A DNA stretch of 64,000 nt from Octopus sinensis (lineage: Eukaryota): the NCBI RefSeq assembly GCF_006345805.1, contig NC_042997.1:82894001-82958000 (forward strand), in the 5' to 3' direction. The notes under the pieces were generated by a model. The model was not told the DNA's origin and did not search any database. It saw only the letters and a program-made list of their open reading frames with translations. This document shows, piece by piece, positions 13,700 through 26,177 of this stretch (within the stretch, counting starts at the first letter, position 1; the number at the start of each line of letters is the position of its first letter). The translations under genes and the position numbers were made by a program.

Positions 13700-14274
13700 G
13701 CTTAAATAGCAGTAACTGATTAAATTCCTACCCCCTTCCTCCTCTTTCTGTGATTCTTGAATATTTCATTAACTACCTGAACCACTACAATATAAGACTG
13801 TCATTTTTGCTTCTCATTCGGACTCCCTGATATTTTCGCATGATTGTACCCTTAATCTCTCCACAAAACTGGATTATGAACTATAAGGACATACACAAAT
13901 TTTGTAAGTTCAAGACTTTTTCATCGGATCTCCAAAAAATCGAACTTATCTGCGATTCTTGTAAATTTCAATAACAATCTGTTCCTCTACACGATATGAC
14001 AGTCACTATGTTTTTACTCAGACTTTCCTCTACATGATGTGGCAGTCACTTTGCCTCTTACTCGGATTTCCAGAAATTTTGCATAACTGTATCCGAAAAT
14101 TTCTTCATACAACTTGATCAAATATTCAATATGAGCTATATGTAGACATGCATAAATTCTATAGGTTTAAAACCTTTCATCGGATCTCCATGAATCGAAC
14201 TTTCTTCAATGCAGTTAATCTTACAACCTCTTTTGTATCTACCCCTTTTGATGTTTGGGAATTCTCTGATATTT

Positions 14275-14362
14275 TTTCGGCTGACGAGTACGAGCCATCT
14301 GTATTCACTGCATTTTTTGTAGCTTATTAAAGATGTCCTCGTACGAAACGATCGTACCGAGA
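14275..14362 (+). ncRNA. Type I hammerhead ribozyme motif with extended helix II
   Basis: TTTCGG/CCGAGA helix I; CTGACGA 14281-14287; GTACGAG(14288-14294)/CTCGTAC(14338-14344) plus CATCT/AGATG; GAAA 14345-14348; A-CGATCG-T; GUA triplet, predicted cut after 14356. Confidence 0.8.
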
Positions 14363-14401
14363 TTTTAATCCATTCTTGTTGCTTTTTTCCTATATATGTA
14401 T

Positions 14402-14443
<42 letters not shown>

Positions 14444-14459
14444 TATATATAATATATAT

Positions 14460-14602
<143 letters not shown>

Positions 14603-14621
14603 TATATATATATATATATAT

Positions 14622-14666
<45 letters not shown>

Positions 14667-14788
14667 CATATATATACATACACACACACATTTATGTATA
14701 TATTAGATTATTTTATTTATTAGGGAATAAAAACTTCGGCGTCACAGGGATTCAAATAAAATGAATTATTCTCGATAAGAGAAATATA

Positions 14789-15149
14789 TGTTATTTAGAG
14801 ATAGAAGTCCCCATGCAAAACATCAAATCCTAATATACATCACTCCATATAATAGAATTTTATTTCAATACTTACTAATCATTTCTGTTAAAATATCAAA
14901 ATATAGAAATTGGTATTGAATTATAATAAAGTTATTAAGAGGCCTGACGATTGGGGTTGCGTTTAAGAAATGTTCCTATAAAAGACTGCGTGTTTAAGGA
15001 ACGGTAAAACGAATCTCAAGAAACACGTGTAGCAGAGAAATTTAGAAATGATTAGTAGGTATTAAAATAAAATTCTATTATATGGTGTGATGTATATTAG
15101 GATATTAGGACTTGATGTTTTGCATGGGGACTTCTATCTCTAAATAACA
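14789..15149. repeat. About 100-bp inverted repeat enclosing a hammerhead-like motif
   Basis: Left arm 14789-14886 and right arm 15044-15149 are near-identical reverse complements (a few substitutions plus an 8-nt atattagg duplication); CTGACGA 14944-14950 and GAAA-CACGTG-TA 15020-15031 lie in the spacer. Confidence 0.85.
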
Positions 15150-15284
15150 CACACAGACACACACAGACACACAGACACAGACACACACATATATATATAC
15201 ATACATATATATATATACATACATATATATATACACACACACACATATATATATTATATTATATTATATATATATTATTATATA

Positions 15285-15343
<59 letters not shown>

Positions 15344-15689
15344 AATATATATATATATACACACATATATACATATATACACACACACACACGCATATAT
15401 ATATATACACACACACACACATATATATTATAATATAAAATATATAATATAATATATAATGCAATATAATATAATATAATATAATATAAAATATATATAT
15501 ATATATCATATACTAATATGTATATATAATATATATATATATATATATGAAGACAAATACATTAGGAAATAAATAATACAGAAATATAGTAGTGTATATA
15601 TTCACCACTGTGTAAGTAGATGTCTTGCAACGAGAACTTTTGAGAGGAAGTGGGTAACTATCTTCCTCTCTGTAGATCATCATTATCAG

Positions 15690-16140
15690 CGTCTAATTCA
15701 GAGGTGAAGAACTTATCAAAACTTATTTGACGTTTGCGTTGCACCATCTGTGTCGGAACTGGTCTTATCAAGTCTACTTGCAATTTTCGTTACATTCACG
15801 ATTTGGATCATTATCAGCAAAATCTTGCAGATCTTTCTCTCTGCAAACGCCAACATTTTAAACATATTCTTTGCAGCCAATTGAAATGAAACACGTGGAG
15901 CTTCTCTATCATCTTCTTGACTTGCATCTTACTCTTGTTCTAATAGCATCAGTTCCTCACTAGACAAACTTCTTTTTCAAGCTCAAGCAACTCGACATCA
16001 GTATCCACAACTTCTCCAAACTCTATATTATTTTCCATTGTCACAATACCTTGTTGAACTTGATGCTGACTTTCAGCCTGGAAAAAATCTGTAATGTAAG
16101 GGTTTGTGTTTGGTAATATTTTACCGAACACCATTTCATA
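15690..16140 (-). pseudogene. pogo/Tigger-type transposase C-terminal remnant
   Basis: Minus-strand pieces KILP...ITDFF, VVDTDVELLEL, EELMLLEQE, DPNRE and QRKRQISFDKFF (15697-15741) follow the order of the Tigger/TIGD C-terminus. Confidence 0.6.
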
Positions 16141-16143
16141 TAT

Positions 16144-16382
16144 GGCGCAGGCATAGCTGTGTGGTAAGAAACTTACTTCCCAACCATATGATTTCGGGTT
16201 CAGTTCTACTGCGTGGCACCTTCGGCAAATGTCTTCTACTCTAGCCTCATTTCAACCAAAGCCTTGTAAGTGAATTTGGTAGGTGAAAACTGAAAGAAGC
16301 CCGTCGTATATGTGTGTATGTCTGTGTGTATGTCTGTGTGCGTGTGCATGTGTGTGTGTCTTTGTGTCTGTGTTCGTCCCCA
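16144..16382 (+). mobile_element. SINE family A, 3' truncated
   Basis: ggcgcaggcatagctgtgtggtaag head through gaaagaagcccgtcg and the internal microsatellite. Confidence 0.85.
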
Positions 16383-16389
16383 CGCCATA

Positions 16390-17880
16390 TATATACATTA
16401 CGTCCCATATTAATAGGTAAATCAACCTTTCCTCAATAAATAAATGTATATTTGTTCAAAACTAGTTGTTTTCCTACTGACTTCTGGCGGCTATTTTTGT
16501 GATTGGGCAACATTTTCACCGTCACAAATTATTAGTCAAGTATAATAAAAATGATAATTGTGTCAGAACAAACATTTATTTAATTCAACAGTAAAAGTTC
16601 AACAAAAAATGTTCATAAAGGACTCAATGTTAAATATAATAATACGTTGGAATGAAAATAATCATGGGATTATGATCATACAGCTCCTAATGTTTGATGT
16701 ATGATCCTCCACGTGCCTTCCTTACGCGCTGATCCATTGAATTTGTCAAGGTCGTGATATCCTGTTGTATCATGCTTTGAGCAGTATGTACAATAACATC
16801 TCAGGGGGAAACTTTACTTGAAAACTGCCGTCCATATTGGTAAACGCGCCTCTTCAGGACACTCCACAGGTTCTCGATCGGGTTTAAGTCAAGGGAACAA
16901 GGTGGCCACTCCATCAAACGAAATCCAGAGAAGCCTATTTGCTGCAGGTATTTCTTAGAATTCTTCGCTGCATGAGACGGGGCATTATCTTGCATGAATA
17001 CTAGCTTTCTCTTGAATGAAAGTTTTTTGCTTTTTGAACCACGGTTGGAAATTGTCCTTAAGAAGGTAACATGTTTTCGATGTTATCTTAATGCAACCTG
17101 GGACTTTTCATGGCCTGACCATCACACCACAAACGATGTCAGCCCAAAACATGACCCCCACCTCTCCCCTGTTGGCGTCTCAAACTATGAGGATGGTTCA
17201 GTCTGATTGATACCCAACCTTTACTGCAGCCATCTGGTCCGTCAAGGGTAGCACGGCATTCGTCAGTGAACAGAACTGTTGATAAATCTATCTTCATGTA
17301 TCCTTCTGCCCATTTCAGTCTCTTCTTATGAACAGAACTTCAGAGGGGGCCTTGTAACAGGTTTAACATTCCTGGCTACCTGCTTCAAGAGGCGCACCTG
17401 GTAGTTTTCGATATGTCTTCCCTGCCACAATGTTTGAAGACTTCTCTACTTGTCAGGCATGGGTTCCGCACAACATCCCATTTCACACGAGACAAAGTAC
17501 GATTTGAAGCAACCATCGACTTAACCTTATCTATCCTCGACTAGACAGAAATAGGAGACTGCACAAATTTCTTCACTGTTCGGTGATCTCTTCCCAGTAT
17601 TTTTGATATTTTTATGGTTGTTTTTCCTATTCCCAGCTCTGACACGATGGTAGACTTCTTCATTCGAGGTAAGATCACGTTTTTGACCCATAATGAAATT
17701 TAAATTGGGCACCTTCCTAATAATTTGGGACAGCAGAAATTTTGCTGCTACACGATAATGGCCGCTGTTTCTTTTCGTCAGTGCAGATCCGATTTAGGTC
17801 CTCATTAGGGATTAAATAATCCCAAAATTTCACTGGTTAATCACTGTCATATAAGGAGAAAGTCTCGGCGATATGTTAGG
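16390..17880 (-). mobile_element. Tc1-like transposon with DD37E triad (TRT-like), degenerate
   Basis: MGQKRDLTSNE start; VLFTDECRATLDGPDG (about 17230-17280); LRRQQG..GVMFW; MQDNAPSHAAK...DLNPIENLW with 37 residues between D and E; degenerate long TIRs sharing gtc(a/c)caaattattag (about 16520 and, reversed, about 17720). Right end approximate. Confidence 0.85.
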
Positions 17881-18746
17881 GATTATTATAGTAATACATG
17901 CTAATAATGATGAAAGAAAGACAATGGAGAAGAATGGATGTATGGTTATTTATATGATGCAATGAGGTTGAAATTTTTTTTTCTTAAAGATAATACAAAT
18001 AAATTATAAATTATAAAGCTCTAAAAGAAATAGCAGATGCCAAAAACCTACATATGTATTTCGATTCATGCCCCTAGGTAATTATTAATTCTAAGTATTT
18101 GGGTAGGGTCATAGGCTAAGAATTGGTCATCATTTTCAACTTTAGGGGGCAGAATCTCATCAGGGCTTTATGAACCTATGCAATAAAGGTTAACATATTT
18201 CTTGAAAGGATGCAGACGAATTACTTATAAGTTTAAGAAGTCAGATCATACATATGTTCATACATACATATGCATATGTATTTAGCTAGAGAATCATAGC
18301 TGTAAGTAAAGATAAAATAAAATAAAAAAATAAAAATAACATATCTTATAAAAGCAAAGTAAGAAGATATATAAAAAGTGAAGAAAATATAAATGTATGT
18401 AAAATAGTATGTAAATTTAAATAAAAGGAAAGAACCATACTCAAATATGCAAGAAAGGAATTATATAATAAAATAAACGAAGGATAAGTTAGATAGTAAA
18501 AAGAATTACTAGTTGACCGTTATAGATGAATCATTTTCATTGGTTTGGTAATAGATACAGTTCAGGAAATCTATGGATGCGTAGCGATCACATCGTATTG
18601 TGTCATATTTAAAATCAAATATAGACAAAAGTTTGAAAAATCTGACCGTTATGATATGTATCTTAAAAGCCTTTCATGTGAACCCTTAGTCATCAATCTA
18701 TAAAATGTATATATTTATATTTATGTATTTATAATTTGTATATATA

Positions 18747-18749
<3 letters not shown>

Positions 18750-18781
<32 letters not shown>

Positions 18782-19890
18782 AGAAAAAAGGTTTGAAAAT
18801 GCAATTTAAACGATGTTTATTTACTTAACCGGTTTCACTCTTTGGTAAAAGGTTGTCAAAAGTTACATTTAAGGAAACATTGAATAATATGGGTTCAAAA
18901 AAAGTTTTTTACATAATTGTCACATTGAATATTATGCATTCAAAAAAGTTTTTTACATAATTGTCACACTGGATATTATGGGTTCAAAAAAAGTTTTTTA
19001 CATAATTGTCGCATTGAATATTATGCATTCAAAAAAGTTTTTTACATAATTGTCACATTGGATATTATGAATTCAAAATGTTTTTTTATACATAATTGTC
19101 ACATTATTTGGGAAAATTTGGCAGAAAAGGATAAAACAAATATATTATTGGGAATTGGTTGCGTTAATTATTGGTTGTCGCAAATTGTCACATTACATGT
19201 ATAATATATACAATCTTTGGTATATATATACAGCGTTTTGACAGCAAAAATTAAAATGGATTTTTTGTACATCTCAGAATATTTTAAGTATGTTTTTACT
19301 GACCTGTCAGTATTAGCAGAAAGGCTGAACTGAGAGAACAGAAGAAGTAGCCAATGTGGTGTATACTTCCCCTTTATGCATGAATGATTTTGGGGTTATC
19401 AGGAGGTTAGTATGCGGGTGTGAATAGATGTGTGAGTGCCTGCTGGTCAGACAGCGTCTGTTTGTCACACACATATATATACACACAAACACACACACAC
19501 ACACAACAACACACACACACACATAGTATACAAACACACACCACATACAAACAACACACACACACACACCCACACACAACGCACCCACATATATCACATA
19601 TACACACAGCACACAAATATAACATGTATCTATATATAACATACACAGATATATATACTTCAATATATATGCATACGTATTTGCACATATACACACATAT
19701 GCGTATATTCACACAATATATAAATATATATATATATGTATATATACATGTATATATATATATGTATATATATATGTATATATATATGTATATGTATATA
19801 TATATATATGTGTGTGTGTGTATATATATATGCGTGAGTATTTACATATTTACGCATTTACGTATTTACATACATACATACATATATATG

Positions 19891-19958
<68 letters not shown>

Positions 19959-20946
19959 ATATAATATATATATATATAAGAAAAAAGGTTTGAAAATGCA
20001 ATTTAAACGATGTTTATTTACTTAACCGGTTTCACTCTTTGGTAAAAGATTGTCAAAAGTTACATTTAAGGAAACATTGAATAATATGGGTTCAAAAAAA
20101 GTTTTTTACATAATTGTCACATTGAATATTATGCATTCAAAAAAGTTTTTTACATAATTGTCACATTGGATATTATGGGTTCAAAAAAAGTTTTTTACAT
20201 AATTGTCGCATTGAATATTATGCATTCAAAAAAGTTTTTTACATAATTGTCACATTGGATATTATGAATTCAAAAATGTTTTTTTATACATAATTGTCAC
20301 ATTATTTGGGAAAATTTGGCAGAAAAGGATAAAACAAATATATTATTGGGAATTGGTTGCGTTAATTATTGGTTGTCGCAATTGTCACATTACATGTATT
20401 ATATACAATCTTTGGTATATATATACAGCGTTTTGACAGCAAAAATTAAAATGGATTTTTTGTACATCTCAGAATATTTTAAGTATGTTTTTACTGACCT
20501 GTCAGTATTAGCAGAAAGGCTGAACTGAGAGAACAGAAGAAGTAGCCAATGTGGTGTATACTTCCCCTTTATGCATGAATGATTTTGGGGTTATCAGGAG
20601 GTTAGTATGCGGGTGTGAATAGATGTGTCCGTGCCTGCTGGTCAGACAGCGTCTGTTTGTCACACACATATATATACACACAAACACACACACACACAAC
20701 AACACACACACACACATAGTATACAAACACACACCACATACAAACAACACACACACACACCCACACACAACGCACCCACATATATCACATATACACACAG
20801 CACACAAATATAACATGTATCTATATATAACATACACAGATATATATACTTCAATATATATGCATACGTATTTGCACATATACACACATATGCGTATATT
20901 CACACAATATATAAATATATATATATATGTATATATACATGTATAT

Positions 20947-20979
<33 letters not shown>

Positions 20980-21079
20980 GTATATGTATATATATATTAT
21001 GTGTGTGTGTATATATATATGCGTGAGTATTTACATATTTACGCATTTACGTATTTACATACATACATACATATATATG

Positions 21080-21120
<41 letters not shown>
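18750..21120. repeat. About 1.19-kb near-identical tandem duplication
   Basis: aagaaaaaaggtttgaaaatgc at 18781 and 19978; unique segments differ only by a few substitutions and small indels; the junction lies in (TA)n. Confidence 0.9.
18878..19105. repeat. 44/45-bp minisatellite, about 5 units (second copy about 20075-20302)
   Basis: Unit acattgaatattatgcattcaaaaaagttttttacataattgtc, alternating gggttc and gcattc variants. Confidence 0.9.
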
Positions 21121-21138
<18 letters not shown>

Positions 21139-21989
21139 ATATATATATATATATATATCTATATACATACTCACACGAAAGAGATATGTTATGGGAAGTT
21201 TAATATCTAAAATTGATCAGTTAAGAGGTGAAATAAAAAGAGAAATAAATTTTTTCGACATATTTATACCGTGGTTGGAATTTGTGAAATTGAAATTTGC
21301 TCAAGTTTCCATAAAGGTGGAATTAAGAGCTGTGTCCTGACATCAATGTTCTTCCTTTACGATTGCTGTAAGTGCAGAATTCTGTAACCGGAGTTTCCAT
21401 AATGTGATGATGCCTTTATTTTATTAATGCATTGATGACGAAAAGAGAAGTCAGATTTGGTACGGTTGGAATGCCAAGAAGTGCAGTTAGTTTTTATAAA
21501 GGGTCAGCCCCGAGAGAAGAAAACTATCCTGTTTTATTCTGGTATAGTGTGAGGAGGAATATCGTATCCTGGTCTGGGATCGATGTACCTTCTTTCTTAG
21601 GTTCTGCATTAGATATCCCTTATAATGTAATCCCCGCAAGAAATACATCGTACTGAAACCAATTATTTCCTGAAATCTTAGAAAATGTTTGCATATATTA
21701 AAGACGACTATTCATATTTTGGGAAAAGGACCTGAAAGAAAATTTGCACTTCTGATATAATTCTTTCAGACACTGTGATCTAGTGCATATAATGTAAGAC
21801 GACTACATTGTCCAATGCTTTTCTTTCTTTTTCTAAGATGGTAAGGCATTATATATGATATTAGAGAGATTTAGCAACTGTACAATACTTGTTGCTTAGT
21901 TTGTGAACTTATTCATTTACATTAAGTACAATTCACTTTCTACTGTGTCTATAAATGAATCGTTTTTATCCTGGATGAGTATTGGTTTC

Positions 21990-22744
21990 TTTTCTTCAAT
22001 TGGGTACAAAGGGTCAGTGATTAAAGACTATAGGAAAAAATATCGGGGAGAAGGGAATTCCAGATGGTTGAGAAGAGGAAGAACTCGACATACTGGTCCC
22101 TGTAAAACCTATGGGGGTAGACGTAACATGGGTAATGAGAGGAGCTGAAGCGAGGCAGTCGAGAGTGTCGCAGTGATGATGATAAAAGATCAGCAACTAG
22201 GCCATTTTAGTAATGGATCAAAAAGGTAGAAAGACAGACAGGACGTCTGTGAGCCAGATATTGAAATGTACTTGTGATGGAGTCATACTGATCAGTTGAG
22301 TGGCCTTCAATGATGCCAGTGTGTATAGTAACCGCGTCATCCCAGTTGTGAGTGCTGTACCTTATATTGTAAATCTCCACCTGAGATTTGTAGCGGGTTC
22401 ATAGGTCTTGGGGGTGATGCATTTTCTAGCTGCAAAGAGAAAGGCTAGTCTCCGAGATGAATCTGAATCATTTTTCACCTCCATATTCGCCTTCTTGTCT
22501 ACCTCTTCTCTTAGTCCCCCCACTTAATAGTATTACTCTCGTATTTAGCAGTACGCGCGTATGTCAGCTAAACGTAAGTGCGTGGGAGCTACATGCTTGT
22601 GACAGTGTGTGTGTGTGTATGTGTGTGTGTGTGTGTGTGTGTGCGTGTCTATCAGTGTTCGTATGTATATATTTGTGTGTATGCGTATACGCTGTATGAG
22701 TTCATACACATGTGTGTGTGTATATATATTATATATATATATAT

Positions 22745-22789
<45 letters not shown>

Positions 22790-23560
22790 TAGATATATAA
22801 TATATACATGTCTGTGTATTTGTATCTGTACGTGTATGTATATGTGCGTGCATGTTTCAGTTTGTGTTAAAAGTGTGTGTGTGTGTGTGTGTATGTGTGG
22901 CATGCCTGCATATGAACGTATTTGTACAGTTGATATCACTAATTTTAAGGATGCGCATAGATCAAGAGAGATGTATTTGGAACAATCACATTTGAAACAA
23001 TCACAAAGGCTCCAGTTGCACGCAGATCATCTTTAGGGTGAGTTTGTGATCATGTATTTCTGATATGTGCAGTGATTGCGTGTTTTCGCTGCCGAAAACA
23101 CGACTCATTTGGAATATGTTCTTGCGGTTTCCCTTAATGGAATCAATGCAGATTTAGTGTGAGATATCAAAGTTGCATGTGGCTAACGCTTAGGTGTAGA
23201 GGGTTAAAGAGAAATAAAGTGTAGCATCATATCTGTATAGAAGTTGGTGATGTTGGTGAAGAGGGAAAGTCGGCCGTTGATGTACTCGTATAGGTAGAAT
23301 AATGTGAAAGGAAAACTGAACACTAGGGAACACCAGAATTAATAGCGTGTGTGCTAGCGAGATCGTGCGATCTGACAAGAAGCTAGTGATTCTAGAAGCA
23401 TGTCATACCATGATCAAAAGTTTTACTGATTTCGGACTATGTTAATTCAATCTTTTCGAGGTAAGAGCCACCGGTGAGTCACATTAAAGAATAGGTGGTC
23501 AGTAAACCTGGCTTTATGAAAGATGTAATTGTAGTCATAACGGGAAGGGAAAGTAAATGA

Positions 23561-23600
<40 letters not shown>

Positions 23601-25720
23601 CTAGATAGATAGACAGATAGAGAGAGAGTGAGGGAGAGATAAATATATAGATAGAGAGAGAGAAGGAGGGAGAGAGAGAAAGAGGGAGAAAGAGAAAGAG
23701 GGAGAGAGAGAAAGAGGGAGAGAGAGAAAGAGGAAGAGAGAAAAAGAGGGAGAGAGAGAGCAAGAGAGAGAGAGAGAGAAAGAGGGAGAGAGAGAGAGAG
23801 AAAGAGAGAGAAAGAGGCTCAAGGTGTTTGAGATGGTTGTTAATGGCTGTATTTGTAAGACAAGGTTGTAGTTAGTAAAGTCAGAAGGGTTGCCCTTGAG
23901 AATGGGGAACTCTGCAACATCCTTCCAGAGATCAAGAAATATCCCAAATATCCGGAGAAAGAGAGAAGAAGAAAGAAAAAAGAGTTTGAGCGTCAATCCT
24001 CAACGAAATCTTCAGCTCTGGGGTGAACTGTTTGAGGGTAATGGAAGGAGTAAGGACCAGTTTTTTGTTAATTAGAAACGAGCGGTGGTATTTTTGCCTT
24101 TAGTATGTATGTATTAAGGTAAACTTGGTGGAGTTGAAGATAATAGTTTTGGAAGAGACTTAACAAGGGCGTGCAACGGGGAGTTGGATGCAAAACGAGT
24201 AGTGAATGTGGATTATCTTTTCGCAGGAGATAATCCACTCACAAATCCAGCGTAGTGGAGAAACGGAGGAGATGAGGATTCTATAAAGATGGCAGAAATC
24301 CTTTTTGGCAATGGTACAATGGGATCGGGTGCAGTTTGGGAGGCCGAAACTTTGAAGTTGTGTGATATTCGATGGCATGCGGTGCTGGATAAGAAAAATT
24401 GATAGAATTACTAGTCGGTTAACTAGGGATTCCGTAAGGATTCGGGAGGTGGGGAAGCTTTGTGTAATATTCTTTTTTTCTTTTACTTCTTTCAGTCATT
24501 AGACTATGGCCATGCTGGGACACGCCTTGAAGAACCATTAGCCGAATGAATCAACCCCAGTACGTTTGTTAAAGCCTGGTACTTATTTCATTGATCTCTT
24601 GTGCCGGACCGCTAAGTCACGGGGACATAAATACCAGCGGTGTGCCAAGCGGCGGAGGTGGGAACAAATAAAAAAGACATACACACGCACGCACGCACAC
24701 ACGCACACACACACACACCACACACACACACACACATTAAGAAAAAGGAGGCAGTCAGAAGTTTGGATAATTATTTATTGGCGCTTTATTATTATTTATT
24801 AGCGATAATCATTTATTAGCTCTTTATTATAAACCTATCTATTTCCCACTCCTCTTTGCTTTTTTCTTTCTCTCCCCTTCCCCCACCAAAAAAGACAAAA
24901 CAAAACAATAGTCTCCTCTTCTAAACAAAGCAAAAAAGCATCCGATTCATAGAAATGAACAACGAAACGTTCTGCTTTTACGATTTTGATTTTTTTCTTG
25001 ATAAGTTCGAAAAACGAATGAAAGCGCTGATAACGAATCATCCAAAATTCTCACTGCCTCCTTTTTCTCAAAATACAATTTCAAACACACACACGTACTC
25101 TCTCTCTCTCTCCCTCTCTATCTCTCTCCCTCTTTCTCTCTCTCTCTCTCTCTCTGACGAAGAGCTCCGCTCGAAACGTTAAACCCTCCTTCCCTTCTTT
25201 CCTGAGCGTCAAATAATACTTTTGTTGTTCCACGTCCTCGCGTTGCTGTGTTTTTTTTTGTGTTTTCTTGTTTGGATTAACTATATATATATATATACAC
25301 ATATACATATATACGACGAGTTTGTATTAGTTTCCGCCTACCAAATCCATTCACAAGGCTTTGGTTGTCCCGCGGATATAGCAGAAGACAATTGCCCAAG
25401 GTGTCACGCAGTGGGTCTGGACCTGGAACCATGTGGTCAAGGAGCAAGCTTGTTACCACACAATCACGCTTGCGCCTATATTGGACGTTTGACGAGTAGT
25501 CGCAATAAAACTATGGTTAGACGATCAAGTAGATGCAGAGATGATTAAGAAGTAATACGAGTTCAGTTTAGAGGCGAAAAGCAAATCAGTAGTGTTTTAG
25601 AATGTCTATGTTTTGGAAAGAGGTACGAGTAGACAGTGAGCCTAACTGGTGCAGAGAGTTAAGGATCGCAAATAACTAGGTTCCTGTACCGACAGAAACG
25701 ATATACTCTAGATCTGATAG
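21990..25720 (-). mobile_element. Decayed CR1/L2-group LINE ORF2, split by microsatellites and SINEs
   Basis: Minus-strand motifs in order: endonuclease TTDLLFAS...SSNHSFI (25505-25593); PILKGNPSDFTNY (around 23868-23897); EISKTFDH (23410-23433); INSGVP (around 23323-23343); YADD-like region; LAHRR (22243-22257); TIWNSL (22051-22068). Confidence 0.75.
24490..25477 (-). mobile_element. SINE family A, head 25313-25477 and tail 24490-24672 separated by about 600 bp of repeats
   Basis: Reverse complements of the family A head and tail flank microsatellites and a PLE-like HHR fragment. Confidence 0.65.
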
Positions 25721-26116
25721 CCAATATGGCCTGAGGTTTTACAATAACAGCAACAACAATGCTAAGTTTCTTTGGATTAAACCCAAAGTTAACTTTACTA
25801 TTTTTTCTAGGCAAGCTGTACGTTTTAGTTAGCTCAAGTATATTACTATTATGTATATGTATTACTATTATGTAATATTACAGATGTTGGAAAACAGCCT
25901 CAGGATTTGAACTCAGAAAATAACTGTAAGATGCGCTATCGCTTCTACTCAACCAGCTCTTTATTTGTAACTGATTTCTCAAATACACGGCTAATATACC
26001 AAATATTGCTAATGATAGCAATTCTACAAACATATGTACACATGCAAGCATACGCACATGTAACACATACAAACGCAGGCATACGTACACATATATACAC
26101 ATATGTACAGATGCGA

Positions 26117-26177
<61 letters not shown>

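Noticed and set aside
18125-18170. CTGATGA...GAAA on the minus strand
   Set aside because: Helix II is only weak wobble pairs and there is no helix III, NUH site or helix I.
18878-20302. Regular 44-bp repeats as a possible CRISPR array
   Set aside because: Units are contiguous with no unique spacers, the DNA is eukaryotic and no cas genes are present.
21150-21900. Possible decayed PLE GIY-YIG on the minus strand (LYAL..V*KNYI)
   Set aside because: Too degenerate to support by eye; needs tblastn.
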